Sequence record: MK327941.1 | Length of the DNA: 64,000 nucleotides | Origin: Escherichia phage vB_EcoM_G37-3 | Strand: one strand, 5' to 3' | Notes under the pieces: model-generated | The model's database searches: none | What the model saw: the letters and a program-made list of their open reading frames with translations, nothing else | What the model was told of the DNA's origin: nothing | Translations under genes and position numbers: made by a program | Shown: positions 27,782 to 37,511 of the stretch, one piece after another | Numbering within the stretch: position 1 is the stretch's first letter | Layout: each line of letters opens with the position of its first letter

Positions 27782-28101
27782 TTAGTAGCCTCCTTTAATT
27801 CTTCGGTAAACTCCTTAAATGAGTCATTAAGCTGTTTCTCTACCAACTTGGGTTTTTGTGCTACTACATAGCCTCGTGTAGCGTCTTTCATTGCTTTGTT
27901 TTGTTCTTCTGCAAACTTAGTTCTTATTCCGTACATCTCCTTTTGTAGTGAGTCTACAATCTTCATCTTTTCATCTGTCTTTTTCTTATACTCTGTAAAT
28001 TCCTGATTCAGTCGATCTACCTCCTTTTTATTTTCCCACCACATATTACCACCTACCCCTAGCAAGACAGAGATGATAACAATGTATATCAGCTTTGACA
28101 T
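27778..28101 (-). CDS. membrane-anchored coiled-coil protein (107 aa)
   Basis: N-terminal TM then charged helical region. Confidence 0.55.
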   Translation of the reverse strand: MSKLIYIVIISVLLGVGGNMWWENKKEVDRLNQEFTEYKKKTDEKMKIVDSLQKEMYGIRTKFAEEQNKAMKDATRGYVVAQKPKLVEKQLNDSFKEFTEELKEATK

Positions 28102-28144
28102 ATTACCCCCAACGACAAAAGGCGGGAACTAGCCCCGCTTATTA

Positions 28145-29314
28145 TTACCAATCAATCTTATCAGCCGGAATCAGTTTCTTATAATTCCGTAGATAGTAAG
28201 TTTTCATTGAATCCAGAATACGGTCATAATCAAGACCATCAAATGCAATCATCAGACACATGAAAATATATGCTTGTGCATCACCGTGTTTACGTGATTC
28301 GATAGTCGCATTTGATGCATATGTCTTTCTGTCTTCTCCCGCGTGTGCGTTATAAAATTCTGTTGCTGTCGTGAAGGCATTGCGAAGAATAGACCTGAAT
28401 GCTTCCTCGAATAGCTCGATTCGTTCCAGTGCTTCCGGTTCGCCTTCATATGCAGCACGCAAATCATCGGTTTCGCTTTCTACGACATAGTAGATCAGGT
28501 TATTAGGAAACATCGATGTGTTTTTAATGTTATGCACACCAATATACCATTCACTCTTCACTTTGAACATTTGACCGTCTTTAGTGCGTGCAACAATTCC
28601 TTCGATACCTTCTGCGATCCGAACTTCATCAAGAATATTGCTAAAACGCGCTGAATCAACCTGTAACGCATTTACCAGATGAGAACGTAGGATTGCGTCA
28701 GCAAATAGCATTTGATGCGGTACGTACTCTCCTGTGACGTTATGGCGTACATTCAGAAGTGTTAGCGACGGTTCAGAATATTCTACAACAATTCGGTTGC
28801 TGGGCGCTGTATATTCAAAGTTGAAAGTATAATCAGACCCAATATCAGCAATCTTAGCGCGTAGATCCGCATACTTCTCTGAATACAGAAGACCGTTTGC
28901 TCTCTCTGCTTGGCTTGAGTACAAGGCCGCTTTAGACTTCAACTGAACATAGCCGTTATCAATGTATGTGCTTACTAGACTACCGTCCATTTTGTCCATG
29001 ACCATTTCCACATCTTCCGGCTTAAAGCGAGCGCGATCATTCTCACCCAAATTAAAAAACTTCTCCATAGGACGAGATGCGATGCGGACCGGACGACCTT
29101 TATCGTCAATTTCAAACATGATCCCGCGACACTCTAACGCATCTGGTTTATTCCACATTTCCGGTTTGCTCAAGTACAGATAGCTAAAAATGCGCATACG
29201 GGTTTGCATCGCCGTAATTTCATCTTTGTAATAGAACGTATCAGATCCGTCACATAGTGCCATCAGATTTTTGAACAATGCTAAAACTTTTTTGTTGTTT
29301 TCTTTTGTTGACAT
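28145..29314 (-). CDS. rnlA: RNA ligase 1
   Basis: 389 aa; ALECRGIMFE, RIASRPMEKFFNL match T4 Rnl1. Confidence 0.85.
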   Translation of the reverse strand: MSTKENNKKVLALFKNLMALCDGSDTFYYKDEITAMQTRMRIFSYLYLSKPEMWNKPDALECRGIMFEIDDKGRPVRIASRPMEKFFNLGENDRARFKPEDVEMVMDKMDGSLVSTYIDNGYVQLKSKAALYSSQAERANGLLYSEKYADLRAKIADIGSDYTFNFEYTAPSNRIVVEYSEPSLTLLNVRHNVTGEYVPHQMLFADAILRSHLVNALQVDSARFSNILDEVRIAEGIEGIVARTKDGQMFKVKSEWYIGVHNIKNTSMFPNNLIYYVVESETDDLRAAYEGEPEALERIELFEEAFRSILRNAFTTATEFYNAHAGEDRKTYASNATIESRKHGDAQAYIFMCLMIAFDGLDYDRILDSMKTYYLRNYKKLIPADKIDW

Positions 29315-29711
29315 AATTTGTGTTCCATTCTGGTTTAAATTTGGTGATCAAAACAGGTTCTTCGATATCGGCAGTGCTTATAATATCTTTACCCGTTGGA
29401 TTCTCAATATATAACTCAAAGCACTGGCGGTAATAGAATGTTACTGTCTTCCCTTCCTCTAGCGCCTTATGAATATTCTTACTCTTGCGAGTATCCGCTG
29501 TTGGTGTTTGTCTGTTAATGCTAGTCCGGTAATAATTGATCCGCTTTCTGAGATTGACAGTCTGACCAATGTATACCAGTTCATCATCAACCACAATAGC
29601 ATAAAGAACATTTAAACGGTTCTTCTGAGGCGGTAGAATCACATCACCATCTTTACACTCTAAACATGAATATTTAACGAATCCATAGTTTTCTATTAGC
29701 TCATTAATCAT
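29250..29711 (-). CDS. denA: endonuclease II (GIY-YIG)
   Basis: 153 aa; VYIGQTVNLRKRINYYR matches T4 EndoII; 3-prime end overlaps rnlA start by about 65 nt. Confidence 0.85.
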   Translation of the reverse strand: MINELIENYGFVKYSCLECKDGDVILPPQKNRLNVLYAIVVDDELVYIGQTVNLRKRINYYRTSINRQTPTADTRKSKNIHKALEEGKTVTFYYRQCFELYIENPTGKDIISTADIEEPVLITKFKPEWNTNYVNKRKQQKSFSIVQKSDGTM

Positions 29712-29761
29712 TATCCTTTCCTCACGTCACAACAAAGGCGGGATTTCTCCCGCCCACCTTA

Positions 29762-30160
29762 TTAACTTTCCAGAATATCGCGAGCTTCGTTACGCTCCTT
29801 GATGATTTTCAGGACAAATTCCAGTTTTTCTTTGTTTAGTGTTCCGTTTTCCATTGCTTCTTTGACGGTAAACACTCCGCCACCTTGCCCGTATACAGTG
29901 ACAGTGATTTCACCTAACATCGTGGTATGAAAACCGCCAATTTTCGGTGATTCGAAAGAAACAATTACCTCGCGGACAGTATTACCGTCGTTGATTTCTG
30001 AGAGGGTAATGTCGTTTTTGTAGGCGGTTGCTTTAACCATACGGATCAGCATAGTCTGATCTGGGGAGATGGTCATTTTGTCCATTGCATGTTGCAATGC
30101 AGCGTAACCGAAAACTTTAACGAAGTCCAGAACGTCTTTGCGAGTTTGAAATTTAATCAT
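29762..30160 (-). CDS. hypothetical protein (132 aa)
   Basis: ORF behind promoter cassette. Confidence 0.6.
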   Translation of the reverse strand: MIKFQTRKDVLDFVKVFGYAALQHAMDKMTISPDQTMLIRMVKATAYKNDITLSEINDGNTVREVIVSFESPKIGGFHTTMLGEITVTVYGQGGGVFTVKEAMENGTLNKEKLEFVLKIIKERNEARDILES

Positions 30161-30193
30161 CTTGATACTCCTTAGTTGTTTTGGTATGGGAGT

Positions 30194-30222
30194 ATCTTAC
30201 TACTCCCGTGATATGCTGTCAA
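30194..30222 (-). promoter_or_regulatory. early promoter cassette (PeSL-like, stem-loop overlapping -10)
   Basis: TTGACA, 17-nt spacer, TAAGAT inside GGGAGTA..TACTCCC hairpin. Confidence 0.5.
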
Positions 30223-30230
30223 CTGCTTTT

Positions 30231-30380
30231 TTATGCAACCGCAAACATCAACATTTGAACATTCTTGGCTGTCTGGCTTTCAAAGTTCTGACATTCTTTG
30301 ATAATGTCCTCTACTTTCTCGCCGGAGATCTCCGCGTAAGTTTCGATTGCCATTTTAAGTACCGCGTCAAAGTTGTTCAT
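30231..30380 (-). CDS. small protein (49 aa); not in ORF track
   Basis: GGAGAATCAA-ATG; MNNFDAVLKMAIETYAEISGEKVEDIIKECQNFESQTAKNVQMLMFAVA. Confidence 0.45.
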   Translation of the reverse strand: MNNFDAVLKMAIETYAEISGEKVEDIIKECQNFESQTAKNVQMLMFAVA

Positions 30381-30418
30381 TTGATTCTCCTTAAAGTGTA
30401 TTTCGTTTCGATGGGGGT

Positions 30419-30447
30419 ATATTACTACCCCCGTTTCATGCTGTCAA
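30419..30447 (-). promoter_or_regulatory. early promoter cassette (PeSL-like)
   Basis: TTGACA, 17-nt spacer, TAATAT within GGGGGTAGTAATATACCCCC. Confidence 0.5.
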
Positions 30448-30666
30448 CTACTTTTTAATGACAAGTTCGAATTTTGCTACCTTGCGTCCTCGTTTATTGA
30501 AAGCAACCCACGGACGGTTTTCAATGTAGAACAATTCTTCACCAATAATGAATACTGGCTGATTGTAAAGGCGACCCATCAGGTCACGCTGGCGAATGGT
30601 AGTAGATTCGTATACTTCGCCCACTACAAAGTGTTTGCTGATAGAGTCGGTGCAAGTAAATTTCAT
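30448..30666 (-). CDS. hypothetical protein (72 aa); paralog of 59498..59704
   Basis: shared C-terminal VAKFE motif. Confidence 0.55.
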   Translation of the reverse strand: MKFTCTDSISKHFVVGEVYESTTIRQRDLMGRLYNQPVFIIGEELFYIENRPWVAFNKRGRKVAKFELVIKK

Positions 30667-30699
30667 TTTGATTCTCCTTTGTTTCGTTTCGATGGGAGT

Positions 30700-30728
30700 A
30701 TCTTACTACCCCCGTTATTCAGTGTCAA
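30700..30728 (-). promoter_or_regulatory. early promoter cassette (PeSL-like)
   Basis: TTGACA, 17-nt spacer, TAAGAT. Confidence 0.5.
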
Positions 30729-30735
30729 CTACTTT

Positions 30736-30954
30736 TTACTTGTTGTATTCATTCCACCATTGGGTGAGCTTATCAATTATTTTTGTGTTTCTATCCAACT
30801 TCTCCCACCGTTTTCTAGGGTTTATCAACCGGAATAGGTAAGGTGTACTTGTTAAGTGAACTCGGTCAATGTAGTGATTGATGTACTGCTTTTCGATTCT
30901 AAGTTTCATCTTTTTACGATGAAAATATGCAATGACTTGTTCTTCTGTTTCCAT
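30736..30954 (-). CDS. hypothetical basic protein (72 aa)
   Basis: ORF behind promoter-like element. Confidence 0.55.
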   Translation of the reverse strand: METEEQVIAYFHRKKMKLRIEKQYINHYIDRVHLTSTPYLFRLINPRKRWEKLDRNTKIIDKLTQWWNEYNK

Positions 30955-31015
30955 ATGTTCCTCCGTTTCGATGTGCGTATTATGCTATGGCAAGATCAGA
31001 TTGTCAACACCCAAT

Positions 31016-31043
31016 AACAAAAAAGTCGCCACGATGGGCGACT
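31016..31043 (-). terminator. rho-independent terminator downstream of HAD-like gene
   Basis: AGTCGCC-CATCGT-GGCGACT then TTTTTTGTTATT on minus strand. Confidence 0.5.
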
Positions 31044-31054
31044 TTGAACAAACA

Positions 31055-31531
31055 TTAATCATGACCGTGATTTGCAATATCCGCTCGCGTCTTATCTTTG
31101 TGATTTCCTACGTCAAAGACACGATAACCATTTTCACGCAAAACTTTAATCACTTCTGGGTTATCCTCAAAGACTCCGACAACTTCATCTTTATCAAAGG
31201 ATTTAATTACCTCTAATTTGATGTGATAGTCTTTACGGGAATCGGTACGGCCTCTCATAAAGATTTTATCAAAACACACCCCGTTAGAAATTAACCAATC
31301 AATTGTTTCCATGTAAGCATGTGAACTTCGTCCGGTGAGGATGTAAATCAAATGCCCGTTGTCGGAAAGAGCATTAATAACACGAATTACATCGTAAATG
31401 GGGGAATCTCCCCCACATGCCTTGTTATATTCGATCCATGACTCGACTTTATCAAGATTTTCGGTTGGCATCTTTGCTAGTCGATGCGTTGGATCTGTGA
31501 TCGTAAAATCTAAATCGACAAAATATATCAT
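31055..31531 (-). CDS. HAD-superfamily phosphatase-like protein (158 aa)
   Basis: N-terminal VDLDFTIT (DxD) motif. Confidence 0.6.
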   Translation of the reverse strand: MIYFVDLDFTITDPTHRLAKMPTENLDKVESWIEYNKACGGDSPIYDVIRVINALSDNGHLIYILTGRSSHAYMETIDWLISNGVCFDKIFMRGRTDSRKDYHIKLEVIKSFDKDEVVGVFEDNPEVIKVLRENGYRVFDVGNHKDKTRADIANHGHD

Positions 31532-32691
31532 AGATATTTCCCGAATCGGTTGTAGTCGTCGTCTGTTAAATCGGTATTAACCTGAGATACCAGATACATA
31601 ATCTCTACTTCTTGCGCTGCATTCTGTACTTCGTCAGAGTTCAACCATTTACGCATCCACGGTAACGGATGACGACGAACACTAAACGGGCTTTTCAGTC
31701 CGGCAGCACGCATACGGGAATCTGCCAGGTATTCTACATAGGTTTTCAGAATTTCCGGTGACAGGTTAGGAATTGCCCCCATTGCGAATAGGTGGTCTAC
31801 CCATTCTTTTTCTTGCTCGACAACATCCAGAAAGATTTTCGTTGCTTCACCTTCAAGTTCTTCCGCAATCTGTTTCCACTCATCACCATCAACCCCCGTT
31901 TGCCATTGACGAATAATGTATTGTGTGCCTTTTAAGTGAAGTTGTTCATCACGCGCAATAAATTTCATGATCTTCGCGTTACCTTCCAGTAAACCACGTT
32001 CGGCAAAGCTGAAAGTACATGCAAAGGACACATAAAAACGAATTGCTTCCAGTGCATTGACGCAGTGTGCACACAGATAAATCGAAGCCATCAGATCTCG
32101 TTTTGTATCTTCAAAAAATCTTCTTGCATCATCTAATGCTGTCTGGTCGTCTCGTTCTTCCCAATAGCGGAGATCTTCTTTTGCATTCTCATACTTACGA
32201 ATCCAATAAAGAACATCATCATAATATTTCCCGATAGATTCCGCTCGCTTCATGATAGCAGGGTTATCGATGATCTGGTCGAACTCACTAGCCGGATCAA
32301 TGAAACAGTTACGCATAATGTGTGTATAGCTTCGGCTATGAATCGTTTCGCTGAATGTCCATGTTTGCAACCATGTATCGAGAGTTGGATCAGATACAAT
32401 TGGACCAAATACACGGGCTGGCGCTCTGCCTTGAATCGAATCTAGCAAAGTTTGATAACGTAAGTTCTCGGTGAAGAAACGCTTTTCAACATCGCTCATA
32501 TTCAGATATTGAATGCGGTCAGTTGCAAGTGAAATCTCTTCTGGACGCCAGAAAAATGACAACTGCTTCTCGATCAACTCTTCAAATACTTGATGACGCT
32601 GAATATCATAACGAGCAATCCCTAAATCACTACCAAAAAACATCGGTTCGGTCATAATATCAACATGTTCACGATTAAATACGCTCATCAC
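31528..32691 (-). CDS. nrdB: ribonucleotide reductase small subunit
   Basis: 387 aa uninterrupted; synteny. Confidence 0.9.
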   Translation of the reverse strand: MMSVFNREHVDIMTEPMFFGSDLGIARYDIQRHQVFEELIEKQLSFFWRPEEISLATDRIQYLNMSDVEKRFFTENLRYQTLLDSIQGRAPARVFGPIVSDPTLDTWLQTWTFSETIHSRSYTHIMRNCFIDPASEFDQIIDNPAIMKRAESIGKYYDDVLYWIRKYENAKEDLRYWEERDDQTALDDARRFFEDTKRDLMASIYLCAHCVNALEAIRFYVSFACTFSFAERGLLEGNAKIMKFIARDEQLHLKGTQYIIRQWQTGVDGDEWKQIAEELEGEATKIFLDVVEQEKEWVDHLFAMGAIPNLSPEILKTYVEYLADSRMRAAGLKSPFSVRRHPLPWMRKWLNSDEVQNAAQEVEIMYLVSQVNTDLTDDDYNRFGKYL

Positions 32692-33230
32692 TATTCTCCA
32701 TCAATTTTGTTTATATTGTAACCCATGTTGCCTTTTTCTATTTCTCTCAACGCAACTGAATTAAACGCTCTTGCCGCATCTTGTTCGCTATCAAATCTCC
32801 CTATATGAACACTCTTTCCTTGTATATTAATATGAACTAGCCATCTATTTGTGTACTTACACCAACTTACCCCGTTATATTTTGATGATGCACCTTTAAA
32901 TTTAGTTCTGTTTCGATTGTTGACAGAATAATCAGTACCTCGTAAATTTTCTATATGATTGTTCAGCTTGTTTCGGTCGATGTGATCTATAACTTTAGGC
33001 TTATGCCCGTGAAACATATGATAAATCACATGATGTATTAACTTCTTTCTATTGTCTACTGTTAGTTGAAGATATCCCCCATTATGTGGACTTCCAACCT
33101 CATCACCAACTTTAACTTTATTGCTTGTTGAAACCTTTCTGAAAAGTTTACCATCTTCGTATTTAAATAGATAATGATACCTTTCGTAAAGTATTCGGTC
33201 CTCTTCCGTATAATGTATTACCTCATACAT
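32691..33230 (-). CDS. HNH + AP2-domain homing endonuclease (mobE-like position)
   Basis: 179 aa; IDHIDRNKLNN (HNH) and YNGVSWCK...HIGRFDSEQDAARAFN (AP2-like). Confidence 0.7.
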   Translation of the reverse strand: MYEVIHYTEEDRILYERYHYLFKYEDGKLFRKVSTSNKVKVGDEVGSPHNGGYLQLTVDNRKKLIHHVIYHMFHGHKPKVIDHIDRNKLNNHIENLRGTDYSVNNRNRTKFKGASSKYNGVSWCKYTNRWLVHINIQGKSVHIGRFDSEQDAARAFNSVALREIEKGNMGYNINKIDGE

Positions 33231-33606
33231 AATATTTTACTCACTTTTTAACACAAAAGAACTTAGTATTTCTGTTAACTTCGCTATCCTGCTGCAATTC
33301 CTGCACAGCTTCAAAACAATTTTGATGTGATGAAAACTCTACGCTGGTAACAGTTCCTTTATTATATACGCCTACGCTAACGGAAAGCAATAACCATACA
33401 GTAGCCATTATCCTACAACCTCAAAGCATTTATCATCAGGAAGAATAGCCCATTCTACGCCATATTCATCCTCAACGTAGTAGCAAGCCCCATCATGTCG
33501 AGCATCATATACATCACCGACAACAAAGCTATCAGCTAGCTAAAAATCTACAGCAACACATTTTAATTTGGTCATAATAAAATCCTCACTTGTTTTTGAT
33601 GGTTGT

Positions 33607-33635
33607 ATTATAGCGGGGATTTCTCCCCGCGTCAA
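33607..33635 (-). promoter_or_regulatory. early promoter cassette (PeSL-like) downstream of nrdA
   Basis: TTGACG-CGGGGAGAAATCCCCGC-TATAAT. Confidence 0.5.
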
Positions 33636-33643
33636 CAGTTATT

Positions 33644-35887
33644 TTACAGCTTACAGGATGAACACTCGCTAGCGTCTTCCGTACCATCAGCACCATCACG
33701 CACGTTAGCGTAATACAGTGTCTTGAGGCCGTAATATTGAGCAAACAGCATATCATCTAACACATCAGCAATATCGACTTTACCAGTCTTATAAGTGCTT
33801 GGATCATAGGATGTATTGGAACTAATCGCCTGATCTACAAACTTCTGCATGATCGCTGCCAGTGTCAGATAGGGCTTGTTACCTTTCTTGATCAGTGTCC
33901 AAAGCAGGTCAATAACATCAGCATTATTCTCTACGTTCGGAATAACCTGATTAAATTGCCCTTCTTTCGATCCTTTAACCGATACAATCCCGCGAGGCGG
34001 TTCAATACCGTTTGTGCTGTTAGATACCTGAGAAGATGACTCACAAGGCATCAGCGCCGAAAGCGTACTGTTACGAATGCCATATTTTTTCAGGTCTTCG
34101 CGCAGTTCTTCCCAATCCATCTCATACACCGGATCAACCAGTTCATCTACTGTCTTTTTGTACCAGTCGATAGGAAGTTCACCGCGACCATAGCGTGTTT
34201 CGTGCATCAGTTCGCAAGCACCCTTCTCTTTAGCCAGTCGCACACTAGCCTTAATCAGAGCATATTGCAAGCGTTCAAACGTTTTATGCGTAAACTCGTT
34301 AGCGTCTTCATATGTGAAGAAATTATCTGCTAGATATGATGCAAAGTTAGTCACGCCAACGCCCAGAGATCGACGTTTTTTGGCTGTCAGAGCTTGTTCT
34401 ACAGGATAATCCTGATAATCTAACAGGTTGTCAAGTGCACGCACCATAACCATAGCAATGCGTTCTACTTCTTCCATATTTTCGATATCGAAATTACCTA
34501 AAACATATGCTGCCAAAGTACATAGGCTAATTTCTGAATCATCACGACCCATCGGTTTTGTTGGCAGAGCAATTTCACAACACAGGTTAGATTGTTTAAT
34601 CGGTGCTACATTACGAATAAACGCCCCGTGATTGTTCATGTTGTCTGTGAACGCTGGATAGATTCGACCAGTGTTAAAACGTTCAATTGCCACCGCTAAA
34701 AACAGGTCTTCGGCTTTAACACGAGTTTTACGAACACTCGGATCTTTTTCCAGTTTTTCGTAAAGCTGACGGAAACCTTCCTCATCTCGGAAGTACAGAT
34801 CCCACAACAAGCCACCTGCAACATCTGGACTAAACAGAGTAATGTAATCCCGTTTAAGGAATCGCTCTACCATCAGGTTATTAATCTGTACGCCGTAATC
34901 AAGATGACGAATGCGGTTATCTTCTACCCCCTTATTGTTCTTTAACACAATCAGACTTTCAAACTCTAAATGCCACATTGGGTAATAGAGAGTCGCCGCC
35001 CCGCCACGAATACCGCCTTGTGAGCATGACTTAACGGCAGTCTGAAAATGTTTCCAGAATGGGATAACTCCAGTATGACGAACTTCACCATGCCCGATCT
35101 TAGATCCTTCCGCGCGAATCATGCCAGCGTTGATACCGATACCAGCACGCTTGCTAATATACTTGATGATTGCATTTGCGGTTTCATTAATACCCTGCAA
35201 TGAGTCATCACTTTCAATCACCACACACGAACTAAATTGGCGTGTTGGGGTACGCACACCTGCCATAATCGGAGTAGGCAGAGAGATTTGCTTATTCGCA
35301 ACCGCATTATAAAAATCAATCACATGTTCAAGTCGATTTTCTGTCTCTTCTTGATGCAAGCACATACCGATCAGCATATACGCAAATTGCGGTGTTTCGA
35401 TGATTTTCTTAGTGCTGCGATCCTGAACAAGATATTTCTCTTTTAACTGCATCGCACCAGCATAGGTCATTTTAAAATCAAGTTTATGGTCGATGAATTT
35501 CTCCAGATATTCCACTTCTTCACGGGAATACTTTTGCAGAATTTCACGATCATATTTTCCGGTTGCAATATTACGCTCAATATGGCTGTAAAAATCAATC
35601 GGTTGGAATTGACCGTATACTGATTTGCGAAGCGCGAACATTGCAAGGTTACTTGCTACATATTGATAATCAGGTGTTTCTACAGTAATGTTATCTGCTG
35701 CGACCTTAATCAATACTTTCTGGATATCATTGGTAGACATACCTTCTGTCAGAAGTGGTTCAACCATATCAAACAATTCATATGGATCAACGTTATGACC
35801 TTCGGCTGCCGCTTCCAGAATTTTCATTACTTTTTCTTTTTCAAACGGAACAGTCAGACCGGAAGACTTAACAACATTTTTAATCAT
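33644..35887 (-). CDS. nrdA: ribonucleotide reductase large subunit
   Basis: 747 aa; ATP-cone N-terminus, C-terminal CSSCKL-type tail. Confidence 0.9.
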   Translation of the reverse strand: MIKNVVKSSGLTVPFEKEKVMKILEAAAEGHNVDPYELFDMVEPLLTEGMSTNDIQKVLIKVAADNITVETPDYQYVASNLAMFALRKSVYGQFQPIDFYSHIERNIATGKYDREILQKYSREEVEYLEKFIDHKLDFKMTYAGAMQLKEKYLVQDRSTKKIIETPQFAYMLIGMCLHQEETENRLEHVIDFYNAVANKQISLPTPIMAGVRTPTRQFSSCVVIESDDSLQGINETANAIIKYISKRAGIGINAGMIRAEGSKIGHGEVRHTGVIPFWKHFQTAVKSCSQGGIRGGAATLYYPMWHLEFESLIVLKNNKGVEDNRIRHLDYGVQINNLMVERFLKRDYITLFSPDVAGGLLWDLYFRDEEGFRQLYEKLEKDPSVRKTRVKAEDLFLAVAIERFNTGRIYPAFTDNMNNHGAFIRNVAPIKQSNLCCEIALPTKPMGRDDSEISLCTLAAYVLGNFDIENMEEVERIAMVMVRALDNLLDYQDYPVEQALTAKKRRSLGVGVTNFASYLADNFFTYEDANEFTHKTFERLQYALIKASVRLAKEKGACELMHETRYGRGELPIDWYKKTVDELVDPVYEMDWEELREDLKKYGIRNSTLSALMPCESSSQVSNSTNGIEPPRGIVSVKGSKEGQFNQVIPNVENNADVIDLLWTLIKKGNKPYLTLAAIMQKFVDQAISSNTSYDPSTYKTGKVDIADVLDDMLFAQYYGLKTLYYANVRDGADGTEDASECSSCKL

Positions 35888-35956
35888 ATTACCTCACTTC
35901 ATATTTTAGCAGGAACAAGTTTTATCCTCCATATTGGGGGCTTTCGCCCCCTTTGT

Positions 35957-37177
35957 TTATACTGCCATTTGAGCGGTGATCGCTGGATGGCTTTGATAGT
36001 TGTGAATTTTAAAATCTTTCGGAGTCTTTGTCAATACCTCATCTAAAGATTTAAATTCCGGCAACTCAATTGTTGGTTTATCAAACGGAACACGGCTTAA
36101 CTGTTCCATAACTTGATCAAAATGGTTTTTGTAAATGTGAGTATCTCCACCAGAGAAAATCAGTTCTCCTACCTCAAGATCACACATTTTCGCTATGATG
36201 TGAGTTAACAGCGCATAGCTGGCGACGTTAAAGGGCAAGCCCAAAAAGCAGTCTACGCTTCGCTGAAACCACATACAAGACAGTTTACCTTCATTGACGT
36301 AGAATTGTACGAACGGATGACATACACCCAATACAGCATTATGTGTTCCTTGTACGTTCCATGAGTCAATGATGATACGTCGATCCGTTGGATTGTTTTT
36401 AATTTGTTCAATCACGTTTTGTAACTGGTCTTCCCAAATCTTCGGGCGATAGACATATTCTTCATCGTCTTTAGTGCTTGATGTGTCTACGTCCATACTA
36501 ACAAACATCGTGGTATCCGGTGCTATAATATCCCCACCCAGATAATCACTATCAAGCAGATAACCGAAATAACCATCATCTACCCATTCCTGGAATCCCC
36601 ACAAGCAATATGCATCATTAACAAAATTAGATTGAGTCTTCCAGTGGTCTGCTACCAGAATATAATCAAACTCTTCATAACGCATACCACGCCAGATAGC
36701 ACATAAACGGTCTTCTGTGTCATTGGTTGGCGTAAAGTCTTCTACCCACGGGTGCTTAAATGTATGTGTATATTTGCTCTTAACGCGCTTAATTTTGATT
36801 TCACCATGTGGATGAATCGGTTTGCGTCGCCACGCCATACCATACATATTGCCGACATTATAACCATTGAATCGCAAGGGATTCTTTTCTTTCATATCAA
36901 GACAGTTGCCGCGCCAAATATCAAAGGCTTCCTCGTCAAACTTGCCGCGTGTAATTTCCTGTAAGCGACGGCGGTCAAGTGATCCATCCATAAACCATAG
37001 CAATTCGCCAATTACAGAGGCTGTAGCCATCTTTTTAGTGGTCAGTAATGGGAAACCCTTGCTTAAATCAATTCGCATCTCTGCGCCGAATTTAGAGAGC
37101 GTACCTACCCCCGTGCGGTCTTCACGAGGACAGCCATTATCAAGAACATCACGCAATAGTTTCAAATATTCTTTCAT
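35957..37177 (-). CDS. td: thymidylate synthase with about 120-aa internal insertion
   Basis: 406 aa; DRTGVGT, DRRIIIDSWN, CHPFVQFYV, FLGLPFNVASYALL; insertion between WRRK and DQLQNV. Confidence 0.85.
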   Translation of the reverse strand: MKEYLKLLRDVLDNGCPREDRTGVGTLSKFGAEMRIDLSKGFPLLTTKKMATASVIGELLWFMDGSLDRRRLQEITRGKFDEEAFDIWRGNCLDMKEKNPLRFNGYNVGNMYGMAWRRKPIHPHGEIKIKRVKSKYTHTFKHPWVEDFTPTNDTEDRLCAIWRGMRYEEFDYILVADHWKTQSNFVNDAYCLWGFQEWVDDGYFGYLLDSDYLGGDIIAPDTTMFVSMDVDTSSTKDDEEYVYRPKIWEDQLQNVIEQIKNNPTDRRIIIDSWNVQGTHNAVLGVCHPFVQFYVNEGKLSCMWFQRSVDCFLGLPFNVASYALLTHIIAKMCDLEVGELIFSGGDTHIYKNHFDQVMEQLSRVPFDKPTIELPEFKSLDEVLTKTPKDFKIHNYQSHPAITAQMAV

Positions 37178-37418
37178 CCCACATCACCTTTTTCTTATTG
37201 ATTGCTTTCTTACGCAGTTTTGCTACTGTCTCGTCAATGTCTATAAAGATAACACCACGGTCGAATATAGTAGCAGGTCTTGATATATCGCTATTTTCTT
37301 GCACAGGAAGCCATGATGCGCTCGCTTCATCATAGAGATATTGTAAACCGTAATAATCTACGGCTACTGCGTAGTTTTCACTGGTAGCTGACCATAATTG
37401 AATAATACCGACTTTCAT
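37149..37418 (-). CDS. hypothetical protein (89 aa from MKVGIIQ)
   Basis: ORF between frd and td; start uncertain. Confidence 0.45.
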   Translation of the reverse strand: MKVGIIQLWSATSENYAVAVDYYGLQYLYDEASASWLPVQENSDISRPATIFDRGVIFIDIDETVAKLRKKAINKKKVMWDERIFETIA

Positions 37419-37511
37419 TATTGTTCCCGTCCGCAATGTAAACACCGACTACCAGCAAACATCAAAGATTCACCACAATGTTTGCACTCATAATCTGTCA
37501 GAATTTTCATG

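Noticed and set aside
33242-33420. Apparent 57-aa secreted-protein ORF in the nrdA-mobE gap
   Set aside because: Re-translation showed my first reading had an inserted base; the frame stops after 22 codons.
35888-35956. Hairpin GGGGGCTTTCGCCCCC between td and nrdA as a terminator
   Set aside because: No T tract follows on the transcribed (minus) strand; it may be an RNA structure or processing site, so it is not annotated as a terminator.
36445-36820. Possible intein or group I intron in td
   Set aside because: Insert lacks Cys/Ser and His-Asn intein junction residues, is translated in frame without stops, and is not at the known td intron site; treated as an inserted protein segment.
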